From positions 1 through 64,000 of IMG/VR virus record IMGVR_UViG_3300012931_000019: a stretch of 64,000 nt of DNA; one strand, written 5' to 3'. The stretch is from a virus. The notes under the pieces were generated by a model, which had not been told where the DNA came from, did no database searches, and was given only the letters and a program-made list of their open reading frames with translations. Of the stretch, positions 29,324 to 38,913 are shown one piece after another. Each line of letters opens with the position of its first letter. Position 1 is the first letter of the stretch. Both the position numbers and the translations under genes were made by a program.

Positions 29324-29589
29324 TCACCTTGCTTTTTGTACGCATTTTGGTGTAGGCAGTAAATCGTATTTAAAATCTCTGTGATTATTGCCATATGTAG
29401 CTTTGAGGCGTATTAATTCATTAAGACTCTTTTCAAAATTATAGGTTTTCTCAAATACATAAGATATTGTGTTGTCATCTTGTATGTATTTATAGTATCG
29501 AAAACCTAAATAAGACAATGCTTCAGCTAGATATTTCTTCTTTACGGTATAGAATTCATTTTCTGTTTTATTTTAATTGGTTCATCCAT
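29324..29589 (-). pseudogene. small gene apparently split by a 1-nt frameshift
   Basis: SD+ATG at 29589 reads MDEPIK; main frame NKTENEFYTVKKKYLAEALSYLGF... is shifted by 1 nt at the A-run near 29572. Confidence 0.4.
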
Positions 29590-29624
29590 TCTATTCTTCT
29601 CCCTTCTAAACACTATAAGACTAA

Positions 29625-29800
29625 GGCATAGTCACCAACTACACCTGTTTGACATACTCCCCATGCTTAAAGGCAGGAGATTCCGGTATCTACAAGATTA
29701 GCCTACAAGCGCAGGTCTTATGATCTCTACTCCTAGAGTCGATGCCCCGACTCTTTCTATATTTAGTGCCGCATTATAATCTCTATCATGTATTGTATTG
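29625..29800 (-). ncRNA. putative omegaRNA (reRNA) scaffold plus guide
   Basis: established position of TnpB reRNA over tnpB 3' end and right end; guide = flank ACAGGTGTAGTTGGTGACT; 5' boundary approximate. Confidence 0.55.
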
Positions 29801-30924
29801 CAACATTCACAAGTCCATTCTCTGTCTGATAATGTGAGTTTTTCATTAATTGTTCCACATACATGACACGTTTTACTTGAAGGATAAAATCTAGGAATTT
29901 CAATTACTTGAGACCCATTTTTAGTGCATTGGTGTTTCAAGATATTGACAAAACTGCTATGACTTAAATCAGATATTTTCTTTCCCCATAATCTCTGCAT
30001 TGCTTTGATATTCAAGTTTTCAATACATATTACCGCATATTCTACTGATAATTGCGATGCTAGTTTAAAATGAAAATCTCTTCTCTGATCGGCAATTTTC
30101 TTATGTGTTTTTGCCAATTCACGCTTCGCTCTCTTATAATTATTTGATCCTTTCTTTTTCTTCGATAGTTTTCTATTTAACTTTTTTATTTTATTTTGAC
30201 TATGTTTGAAAAATTCTGGTGATTTTATATCATTGTTATCTGATGCTTTCAAAAATGTCTTTAGTCCAAAATCATACCCGACAATTTTACCTGTTCTTGG
30301 TATAACTTCGTTCATTTCTTTTTTACATACTATAATAATATAAATATCTCCCAAAACATCTCTTTTGATTGTTATAGTTTTTACAGTTCCTTCAATTTCT
30401 CTTGATTTTGAATACTTATATATTTGTTTGCCAATTTGTATCTTATTCCCATCAAGTAGTCTATATCCGGTTTGAGTTAAAGTATAAGACTTATATTTCT
30501 TTACTTTCTTAAATGAAGGAGGTGCTGATTTAATACCATGCTTTTGATTACGAAAAAATAACTTATATGCCTTGTCAATACGCTCCACTATATTTTGTAT
30601 AGTCTGTGAATTTAACTCATTCCAATAAACATATTTTCTTAATTTCTTTAATTTAGTTATATGCTTTTTAAGCTGATAATAATTGAGACTTTTACCATAT
30701 AATCTATAATACCGTTTATGTAAGGCAATACAATGATTATAAATACGAGCAGATATATTAATTTGTTTGTGTATATTTTTATTCTTTTTGTTTTTATATA
30801 GTTTGAATTTATAAGAAACCATACTACCTTACACCTCCTTCATATGTCCTTTTGATTTTTCTATGTCAAGTATTTTGTGCCTTATATTCCCATAGCTGAA
30901 GCTAGGGGTTTACGGCACGTTCGG
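29649..30924 (-). mobile_element. IS200/IS605-family element carrying only tnpB
   Basis: subterminal hairpins near 30887-30908 and 29656-29680, right end ...TCAA, left end preceded by TTAG; no tnpA. Confidence 0.8.
29698..30822 (-). CDS. tnpB: RNA-guided endonuclease TnpB
   Basis: N-terminal YKFKLY, RuvC GYDFGL / IENL / DRDYNAALNI intact, CHVC..CECC Zn finger. Confidence 0.95.
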   Translation of the reverse strand: MVSYKFKLYKNKKNKNIHKQINISARIYNHCIALHKRYYRLYGKSLNYYQLKKHITKLKKLRKYVYWNELNSQTIQNIVERIDKAYKLFFRNQKHGIKSAPPSFKKVKKYKSYTLTQTGYRLLDGNKIQIGKQIYKYSKSREIEGTVKTITIKRDVLGDIYIIIVCKKEMNEVIPRTGKIVGYDFGLKTFLKASDNNDIKSPEFFKHSQNKIKKLNRKLSKKKKGSNNYKRAKRELAKTHKKIADQRRDFHFKLASQLSVEYAVICIENLNIKAMQRLWGKKISDLSHSSFVNILKHQCTKNGSQVIEIPRFYPSSKTCHVCGTINEKLTLSDREWTCECCNTIHDRDYNAALNIERVGASTLGVEIIRPALVG

Positions 30925-30961
30925 CTAAAGGCATAATCCTAAATTATACCTGTCTAATCTT

Positions 30962-31019
30962 AATATACTCTTCTCGAAATCGTTTGTCAACATTTATTTT
31001 AAATTATTTTTAATTTTAT
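30962..31019 (-). promoter_or_regulatory. sigmaA promoter (leftward twin) for tnpB/replication operon
   Basis: TTGACA-17-TATATT with UP element; inverted copy of 32467-32525. Confidence 0.75.
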
Positions 31020-31347
31020 TTAATCTTATTCAAAATTTACAACCCCTTTTAAAATCTCACAATTAAATAGCACTACTTCTTTCCCAAGTGGATACCCAAT
31101 ACCATTTTCACTAAAAACTCTCTGTGTATTTAAAACAAATTGTCATACAGGGTTCTAAACACCACTACTATACCCTGTTGTTTTTAGCTTATTATAAAAA
31201 CGTTATCTGAGACAGATTTAAGCGAGTTTTATCTAATCATTGACCACTTATACCAAATCTGTCAGAAAAACGAAATTAGATGTCATTTCGTCGTTATTTC
31301 TCTTTAAAACAGGGTATAAGAATTATACTAGTATACCTGCCTTATTA

Positions 31348-32394
31348 TTATTTTCTATTATCCATTATATATTTCATTCTACGAATAACATCACTGCCAC
31401 ATTCGCTAATTAATTCTATCAATTCTTCTTTTGTCATATCTTTAAAAATATCTACTCCAATAGTTTCACCAAGCATATAACTACCCTGTGAACAATAATT
31501 CTGGCTACTATCCAAATAAATTCTACTGGTTATATCAATATGGTCATGTTGCATATGATCTTTTGTTTTGACCAAATCACCAGTGGCTTTATATACAGCT
31601 AACCCTGAAGCCTTTTTAATACTGTGGATAACAACTTTCTTTCCGTTCTTTTCTTGTAGTCCATATTCTTTTCTAAACTCGTCAAAGGTCTTTTCAATTG
31701 TCTTGTCAGAAATATTAAATATTTTCTTAGAACCTTCTTCACAAACAGTAATTAATTTTTCATAGAATTCATCTGTAATAGATTTTTCTACATATTTGCC
31801 TTTTTCTTTATATTTTATTACCCAAGCATTTTTCCCAGAATTATAATCATAATTTTTAGTAATCATGTCTTTGGTCAACATAAATGGCATTTCTTTTCTA
31901 CAGCCAACGACAAACAAGAATTCAAATATCATACTTTGAACATTGCCTTTATATTTACATTTAGCGAACTCCAGAAGCAATTCAACTTCATCTGTAGTTA
32001 ATATTGCATAACTATTATCTTTTGAGTCAAGAGGTTCAAAATCAAGAACATCTAAGCTTACATTATTATTATGCCTATGCAGAGACTCCCATAATTTTTT
32101 AATTGCAAACAATTTCTGATTACAGGTATTCTCTTGATTTCCTTTTGCAAGTTCATGTTCCTGATATTCTTCTACCTTTGTATATGTGATTTGTAAAATA
32201 TCATTCCAAGTAATATCCTCTAATCTTTTACCAACTGTGAACCGGAAGAATTCATTATAATATCTTCCATATGCATCATAGGTATTATCAGATTTTCTTT
32301 TTTTCTTTTCCATAAAGAGATGAATCACATTATATGCATCATTGACACCTATTATTTGAACATTATTTAATGCTAAATTCCCGTTTGTATTCAT
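31348..32394 (-). CDS. tyrosine recombinase/integrase-fold protein
   Basis: SAM-like N-term; GCR (Arg I), KEKGK, HSIK (HxxR changed to HxxK), MQH, RIY (Tyr). Confidence 0.85.
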   Translation of the reverse strand: MNTNGNLALNNVQIIGVNDAYNVIHLFMEKKKRKSDNTYDAYGRYYNEFFRFTVGKRLEDITWNDILQITYTKVEEYQEHELAKGNQENTCNQKLFAIKKLWESLHRHNNNVSLDVLDFEPLDSKDNSYAILTTDEVELLLEFAKCKYKGNVQSMIFEFLFVVGCRKEMPFMLTKDMITKNYDYNSGKNAWVIKYKEKGKYVEKSITDEFYEKLITVCEEGSKKIFNISDKTIEKTFDEFRKEYGLQEKNGKKVVIHSIKKASGLAVYKATGDLVKTKDHMQHDHIDITSRIYLDSSQNYCSQGSYMLGETIGVDIFKDMTKEELIELISECGSDVIRRMKYIMDNRK

Positions 32395-32436
32395 TTTTCT
32401 TTTCTCCTTTTTATATTATATATTCGGCATAATTAA

Positions 32437-32465
32437 TTTATATCACATATTATATCCAGAGTCAA
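32437..32465 (-). promoter_or_regulatory. sigmaA promoter of the recombinase-fold gene
   Basis: TTGACT-17-TATAAA with extended TG, back-to-back with rightward promoter. Confidence 0.65.
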
Positions 32466-32466
32466 G

Positions 32467-32525
32467 ATAAAATTAAAAATAATTTAAAAATATTTGTTGA
32501 CAATCGTTTTCGAATGGAGTATATT
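32467..32525 (+). promoter_or_regulatory. sigmaA promoter (rightward twin) for RNAP operon
   Basis: TTGACA 32497-32502, 17 bp, TATATT 32520-32525. Confidence 0.75.
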
Positions 32526-32631
32526 GATATTAGAACAGAAATATGAAAGGGGCGTAATGTTATTGGGGGTGTAATTTAGAAAATATTGAAAAATATTAAT
32601 AGATAAAAACAAAAATAAAATACATATTATA

Positions 32632-32955
32632 ATGAAAGGAAAAACACAATTAATGAACAAAGAATTTAATGGGAAATTAGAAATAAAACATGATAGGTAT
32701 ATACTACAGAACGGAGACTATGAATATGACCTATCCGATATATGTAAAAAATCTTATGTTTACATAGAAATTAATAGTAATGATAATGAAGATATATATT
32801 TAGGAGATTATAAAGTTTTTTATGAAACTCCAGATGGATATAAAATCGCTTCATGGTCTTTACAAGATGAAGATATAGACAAGTTCTTATTCAATCATAT
32901 TGGTGAATACATGAGTGTCACTATCAAAGCGGAAAGATTGGAGAGTGACAAGTAA
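32632..32955 (+). CDS. hypothetical phage protein
   Basis: ORF; probable start ATG 32653 behind AAAGGA. Confidence 0.7.
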   Translation: MKGKTQLMNKEFNGKLEIKHDRYILQNGDYEYDLSDICKKSYVYIEINSNDNEDIYLGDYKVFYETPDGYKIASWSLQDEDIDKFLFNHIGEYMSVTIKAERLESDK

Positions 32956-32956
32956 C

Positions 32957-33208
32957 ATGTGTACAATGGCTAGAGATAATTGCAAAATATGTTTATATCA
33001 TTCTTGTCTAGGATGTAATAAGGGATTTAGTAAATATAGTAAAGACTGTATGTTTGAAGGGGAATATAGTGAAGATCAATGGGGTACATTTGATGAAGAA
33101 GAATTTTATTATAAAGAACAGGGCGTTGATAAAGTAGAAGATGATGATGTTGAGAATGATGATGATGGATTAAATGAAATACAAAAGAGATTGAGAAATG
33201 AATACTAG
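32957..33208 (+). CDS. hypothetical acidic Cys-containing protein
   Basis: ATG 32957 behind GGAGAG; adjoins RNAP gene. Confidence 0.55.
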   Translation: MCTMARDNCKICLYHSCLGCNKGFSKYSKDCMFEGEYSEDQWGTFDEEEFYYKEQGVDKVEDDDVENDDDGLNEIQKRLRNEY

Positions 33209-33216
33209 GAGGACAA

Positions 33217-35838
33217 ATGGCATTAAATAAACAGGTACATATTTATTCGATAGATACTAGTGCTTTTTACAATGATGATGAAATAAAGATACATAAACGG
33301 ATGTCCAAAAATCATTTATTTAAAAACACCTTAAAAAAGAAAAAAAAGAAAACATTAAATGAAATTAAAAAAGAAACCCGCAAAGATATTCGAGAAAAAT
33401 TAAATAAAAGATTAAGTAAGATAGAACTATATATAAAAAATTGTTCTGAAAGATTAAAGAATCAAAAGGAGAAATTATATTTAGAGTTTAAAAAAAATGA
33501 TGATACTAAAAATGTTAGGTGTTTAAATAATGAGTATTTGAATAACAAGAACATAATCTCAGTGTTTGATTCTTCCCTTACTAGAACTTTGGAAATAAAC
33601 GAAAATACACTATCTCTTAATTTTATGGTAGTACAAACTTATTTCTTTGAAGTGATTGAAGATATTATATTAGATGGATTCATGTATAATAATGAAAAAT
33701 ATATTTGTCTTACAGCAAGCGCAGGACAAATTAGAACTAAAAAAACAGTATTTATAAGAGAAAATTCATTAATTGAATATCAAAATACTTTAATGTGTGG
33801 TTTAACAATTGAAGAAATAAATGAACTTGGTGGAGTTAATATTAATAAATATTTAGCATACTTGGCTCTTTGTAATTCTGCTACAGATGCTTGGGGTGAA
33901 TTTAATATTAATAAAACTATTGTAGTTGATGATATGGAAACAGTTGTTAATGGGTTAGTAGATTTTATTGATGATAAGACTTATTCTATTGAACGAAAAT
34001 ATATGGATATTCAGATTAATCATACTGATGGTTGTGGTATGATACTTCCAAAAATAAGTGATAAAAGTTTTATGGTTCGTCTTCCTTGGGTTAAAGGTTT
34101 ATTAGTATCATTTGCTTTTGATAATTTTATTATAGAAAATAAATTGAATGGTAAAATAATTGATATTTATGGAGTTGAACATGATGTAATTACTGAAGGT
34201 ATTGAAATCATATTTACTAAGAGTCAGTTCAAGATGTATAAATATTATAAGTCTTGGAGTGATTATAAAGAAAGATACATAAAATATAATTGTCAAGCTG
34301 GTATTTGTAACGAAGAAGATGATGATTTTAATAATGTAAAAATGGGATATCAAATGATTCAGACATTGACTGATATGACAGATTTAGAATTAAAAGATTT
34401 ATCTAAAACCACAATACATAATATAAAAACCGTTGGTAATGATCGTAAGACAATGTTAAGGGTTTTAGGTGTTACATTAGCAAATATAAGTAAAAACTAC
34501 TATCAGCAAGCATTAGAAATCTACCCAGAACTTTTAAATGATACATATAGTAAAGAAATATTAAAACAAGTTAAAAAAAGTATTGTTAAAGATGGTCGTT
34601 CTGGTAAATTAAACGTAAATGGTGCATATACTTTTATCTGTCCAGATTTATATGCATTTTGTGAATATTTATTTATGGATAATAACAATCCAGATGGATT
34701 ACTTAAAGATGGTGAAGTATTCTGTAGTTTATTTAAACAATATAATAAGTTGGATTGTTTGAGAAGCCCCCACCTTTATCTTGAACACGCTATTCGTAAA
34801 AATATAATTGACGAGAAAAAAGATAAATGGTTTATAACAAATGGTTTATATACCAGTTGTCATGACATAATTAGTAAAATATTAATGTTTGATGTAGATG
34901 GTGATAAAAGTTTAGTTTGTGTTGAAAAAACATTGATTTCTGTTGCAGAAAGAAATATGAAAGATATAGTTCCTCTTTATTATAATATGGCAAAAGCGGA
35001 GGCAATGGAAATTAATAATGCAACAATATTTAGTGGATTAAAACTGGCATATACAGGGGGGAATATAGGGCAAGTTAGTAATAATATATCTAAAATTTGG
35101 AACAGTGGTAATGTAAATTTAGATGCTATTAAACTACTTTGTATGGAAAATAATTTTACAATTGATTATGCAAAGACATTATATAAACCCCAAAGACCAA
35201 CAGAAATTGATGCTCTAATTAAATCGTACACTAAACTAAAAGTTCCACATTTCTTTATTTATGCTAAAAATAAAAAAATAGAGAATGTTGAAAAGATAAA
35301 TAAGAGTGTGGTAAACAGATTAGAAAAAATAATTCCTAATCCAATTATTAATTTTAAAGCAGTTGGGCTTAATAATTTTGATTACAGATTATTATTGAGC
35401 GATCCAGATGAAATTATTGAGTTGGATAATGACATTGTAGAAAAGTATAGAGAACTAGATTTAAAAAAACATTTTATGATGAATTTATCTAAAAATGACG
35501 AAAAAAATAATAATATTACGCATCAGTATCAAATGATTAAAGAACAAATTTTAGAAATTGATTCGGATTTTCGATATGTTGTTAATGTATTGGTTGAATA
35601 TCTTTATATGCATAAGAAATCAAATTATAAGACAACACTTTGGGAATGTTTTGGTGATGTGCTTGTTGAGAATTTAAAAAACAATATTAAAAATAAGACA
35701 ATTTATTGTGAGTGTTGTGGAGATATAATTGAACAAACTGGCAATAGGAAAAAATATTGTGACGACTGTTGGAAAGAAAAAGAAAAGGAAATAAAAAGAC
35801 AGACATGGCATAGAAACAAGGAAAAATATAAAAACTAG
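33217..35838 (+). CDS. YonO-like single-subunit phage RNA polymerase
   Basis: 873 aa; TDGCG, RSPHL and catalytic FDVDGD (DxDGD) motifs; C-terminal Zn ribbon; heads late operon as SPbeta yonO does. Confidence 0.85.
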   Translation: MALNKQVHIYSIDTSAFYNDDEIKIHKRMSKNHLFKNTLKKKKKKTLNEIKKETRKDIREKLNKRLSKIELYIKNCSERLKNQKEKLYLEFKKNDDTKNVRCLNNEYLNNKNIISVFDSSLTRTLEINENTLSLNFMVVQTYFFEVIEDIILDGFMYNNEKYICLTASAGQIRTKKTVFIRENSLIEYQNTLMCGLTIEEINELGGVNINKYLAYLALCNSATDAWGEFNINKTIVVDDMETVVNGLVDFIDDKTYSIERKYMDIQINHTDGCGMILPKISDKSFMVRLPWVKGLLVSFAFDNFIIENKLNGKIIDIYGVEHDVITEGIEIIFTKSQFKMYKYYKSWSDYKERYIKYNCQAGICNEEDDDFNNVKMGYQMIQTLTDMTDLELKDLSKTTIHNIKTVGNDRKTMLRVLGVTLANISKNYYQQALEIYPELLNDTYSKEILKQVKKSIVKDGRSGKLNVNGAYTFICPDLYAFCEYLFMDNNNPDGLLKDGEVFCSLFKQYNKLDCLRSPHLYLEHAIRKNIIDEKKDKWFITNGLYTSCHDIISKILMFDVDGDKSLVCVEKTLISVAERNMKDIVPLYYNMAKAEAMEINNATIFSGLKLAYTGGNIGQVSNNISKIWNSGNVNLDAIKLLCMENNFTIDYAKTLYKPQRPTEIDALIKSYTKLKVPHFFIYAKNKKIENVEKINKSVVNRLEKIIPNPIINFKAVGLNNFDYRLLLSDPDEIIELDNDIVEKYRELDLKKHFMMNLSKNDEKNNNITHQYQMIKEQILEIDSDFRYVVNVLVEYLYMHKKSNYKTTLWECFGDVLVENLKNNIKNKTIYCECCGDIIEQTGNRKKYCDDCWKEKEKEIKRQTWHRNKEKYKN

Positions 35839-36008
35839 AAGTTTAGAAAAAATACGATATTTGTTGAAATTCCAATGGTTTAGAAATTTATAATTTTATT
35901 AAATTTTACTCAATCGTTGGAATTTCAATACTTTTAATTTTCTGTTCGAGAGTCTCTAAGGGAAACATACTAATTTACAAATATAAGAGTTATGCAAACC
36001 TTTCTTTA

Positions 36009-36034
36009 AGGGCGTATTAATTTGCGCCCTATTT
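36009..36034 (+). terminator. stem-loop/terminator downstream of RNAP gene
   Basis: AGGGCGTA/TGCGCCCT stem. Confidence 0.5.
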
Positions 36035-36100
36035 GATTTATAATTTAATATCCTTATACAATTTAACTCAGCAAAAATACATACAGTAAAGGATTATGAT

Positions 36101-37522
36101 ATGAGTAAGAAAAAAGATAAGATAAAAATCTCTTTTTTGGGAAATTCCAGCAATGATGTTACTGGTAGTTTATATCTTATTTCAACACCAAATAAAAACA
36201 TTTTGTTGGAATGCGGTATGGTTCAAGGTTTATCTATTATGGATGACTGGAAAGAGAATGCTAAATCATTTCCATTTAAACCTAAAAATATAGACTATTT
36301 GTTTATTAATCATGCTCACATTGACCATTTTGGGAATACAGGAAAATTAGTACGAGATGGATTTGAAGGAAGAATCATTACAACAGAAATAACTAAAGCA
36401 TTAATGAAACCTATGGGGTTAGATTCCGCTAATATAATTCGAAAAGATGCAGAGTATCTTTCAAAGAAACGTGGAAAGCAGATATATCCCTTTTATACAG
36501 AAGACGATGTTTACAATATGCTCAATATGATTGACACATATGGTTTTGATGAAATTTACGAACTTGATGATGAAATTAGTTTCCGTTTTTTACATAATTC
36601 ACATATAATTGGTGCTTGCCAGCTAGAACTATTTATTAAAAATGAAAGTGGTAGAGTTGACAAAATTTTGTATACAAGTGATCTGGGGAAAATTAAGTCT
36701 CAGAATTATTATGTTGATGAATTTGAAAAATGTAAAAATGCTAATCTTGTAATCAGCGAGTGTACATATGGAGCAACAGATAAAAATATAAAATTTGATA
36801 GAAATAAAGATTTAGAGAAATTAAAAACAACTATTGAACAGGTTTGTAATGTTCAAAAGGGGCGTTTACTTATACCCGTATTTTCTTTAAGCCGTTGCCA
36901 ACAAATTATGACTGATTTATATATGATGTATAAAGACGATCCTAGTTTTAATACAAAAATTATCGTAGATAGTCCTTTAATATGGGAAATCAACAAGGTT
37001 TATAAATCGGTATTGCAAGGTGACGATTTAAAATTATTTGAAGATGTTTGTAACTGGGAGAATATTAAATTTATTAAAGATTACAATGAAAGTAAATTAT
37101 GTGTGGCAGACACTTCAAGTAAAATTATTTTGTCAAGTTCTGGCTTTTTAAACAAGGGAAGAGTCACAGAATATGCTAAGTCAATTATAAAATCATCTAA
37201 GGATCATATTATATTTGTTGGCTATACTCCGGTTGATAGTTTAGGTGGCAAAATTAAAAATGGACAAAAATCAGTAACAATTGATGGTATTTCAATAAAA
37301 AATAGATGTACTTCTAGTTCATTAAATTCGTATTCATCTCATATTCAGCAAAAGGAATTATTAAATTATTTAAAAGGGATATCTGCGGATAAGATTATTT
37401 TAGTTCACGGGAATATGGATGGGAAGATTGAATTTAAAAATTTACTAGAAGAAGAACTTAGTAAAATAAATAGAACAACGAGAGTGGTCGTGGGATCAAA
37501 AGGAATGACTACTACTTTATAA
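36101..37522 (+). CDS. MBL-fold beta-CASP nuclease
   Basis: HAHIDH, HIIGA, SDLG, ECTYG, SSH and VHG motifs. Confidence 0.9.
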   Translation: MSKKKDKIKISFLGNSSNDVTGSLYLISTPNKNILLECGMVQGLSIMDDWKENAKSFPFKPKNIDYLFINHAHIDHFGNTGKLVRDGFEGRIITTEITKALMKPMGLDSANIIRKDAEYLSKKRGKQIYPFYTEDDVYNMLNMIDTYGFDEIYELDDEISFRFLHNSHIIGACQLELFIKNESGRVDKILYTSDLGKIKSQNYYVDEFEKCKNANLVISECTYGATDKNIKFDRNKDLEKLKTTIEQVCNVQKGRLLIPVFSLSRCQQIMTDLYMMYKDDPSFNTKIIVDSPLIWEINKVYKSVLQGDDLKLFEDVCNWENIKFIKDYNESKLCVADTSSKIILSSSGFLNKGRVTEYAKSIIKSSKDHIIFVGYTPVDSLGGKIKNGQKSVTIDGISIKNRCTSSSLNSYSSHIQQKELLNYLKGISADKIILVHGNMDGKIEFKNLLEEELSKINRTTRVVVGSKGMTTTL

Positions 37523-37550
37523 GAATTATAGAAGAATACAAGGAGGTACT

Positions 37551-38738
37551 ATGGTTGAATTAAACCGTTTAGAAAATGAGAGTAGACTACATTTTATATG
37601 GCGTGTATTCAAATATCAAAAAGATAGTGACAAATTAACTAATGAACAGGCTGGTGAAATTTGCAGAAAAGAATTAAATGAACCATATGATGAAAGTGCA
37701 TATCGTAAAGTTTATCAAAGTTGGGAGAATATGTGGCTAGAAGTTAAAGATGAATATATAAGTGAAGAAGCTTTACTTGAAAGGTTATCTCAAATTGATG
37801 ATCGAGAAGATGAATTATATAAAACGAAGGTTAAGACTGCTGATAAATTAAGGGAATATCGAAAAACACTTAGAGATGAAGCTAGAATTGAAAATATTAT
37901 GGATGTTATAAGTGAAGTTGCTCTTGATCTACCAGAATTTAAATATGAACAAAAAGAGATAAAATTAAATGGAGAAGCAAATGCAATAATAGAAATTGGT
38001 GATTGGCACTATGGTAAGATTTCTGATAATTTTTGGAATAAATTTAATACCCAAATTGCAAAAGAAAGAGTAGATAAACTTATATTTGATACAATTAAAT
38101 ATTGTGAAATAATGAATGTCGGTACTTTATATATTGCAAATTTAGGAGATTTAATTGAAGGTGCTATCCATGTTTCGTGTAGAGTAATGTCTGAAGAAGA
38201 TTCCATAGAACAAATAATGCATGCTTCCGAATTGCTTGCTTATTTTATTAATGAATTACATAGTTTTGGTTTAAATATTAAGTATGTTAGTGTATCAGAT
38301 AATCACTCAAGATTAAATAAAAATTATAAAGAACATATTGAAAAAGAGAATTTTGGTAAGATTATAGATTGGTATTTACAAGCAAGATTGACTAATTTAA
38401 GTAATTTTGAGTTTATTGAAAATATTATTGATGAAAGTATAGCATATTTTGAAGTGAACGGGAAAAATGTTTTTTCAATTCATGGACATCTTGACAATCC
38501 CCATTCTGTAGTACAAGATTTAACGCTTTCTACAGGTATGATTGCGGATATAGTGCTTATGGGCCATTATCACAATAAAGTAGAGAAATCATTTCATTTT
38601 TCAAAAGTATTTGTTAATGGATCGCTCTGTGGGACAGACGAATATGCAAAAACCAGAAGATTATTTAGCAAAGCATCACAGACATTAATAGTGTTTGATA
38701 ATGAAAATATAGTAAATTTTGAAATTGTTTTAAACTAA
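37551..38738 (+). CDS. calcineurin-like metallophosphoesterase
   Basis: DWH, GDLIEG, DNH, HGH, GHYH motifs. Confidence 0.85.
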   Translation: MVELNRLENESRLHFIWRVFKYQKDSDKLTNEQAGEICRKELNEPYDESAYRKVYQSWENMWLEVKDEYISEEALLERLSQIDDREDELYKTKVKTADKLREYRKTLRDEARIENIMDVISEVALDLPEFKYEQKEIKLNGEANAIIEIGDWHYGKISDNFWNKFNTQIAKERVDKLIFDTIKYCEIMNVGTLYIANLGDLIEGAIHVSCRVMSEEDSIEQIMHASELLAYFINELHSFGLNIKYVSVSDNHSRLNKNYKEHIEKENFGKIIDWYLQARLTNLSNFEFIENIIDESIAYFEVNGKNVFSIHGHLDNPHSVVQDLTLSTGMIADIVLMGHYHNKVEKSFHFSKVFVNGSLCGTDEYAKTRRLFSKASQTLIVFDNENIVNFEIVLN

Positions 38739-38913
38739 AATTAAAAATAATTGAAAGGATAGCAATGGACATAAGAACGTTTACATTTCACGAATGTATA
38801 TCTAAAGTTATAATTACGAAAAATGCTGATCCGAAAGTTACTAAAGAGTTTGGGAAAGCAATAAACAAAATAAAATAACGCAAAACCAATTAGAAAGGCA
38901 TAAGCGTGTACAT

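Noticed and set aside
29206-29394. 62-aa ORF over the 33-bp repeats
   Set aside because: Overlaps the upstream gene, no SD, and its sequence is explained by the DNA repeats
29698-30822. Nuclease-dead TldR call
   Set aside because: All three RuvC acidic residues and both IS ends are present
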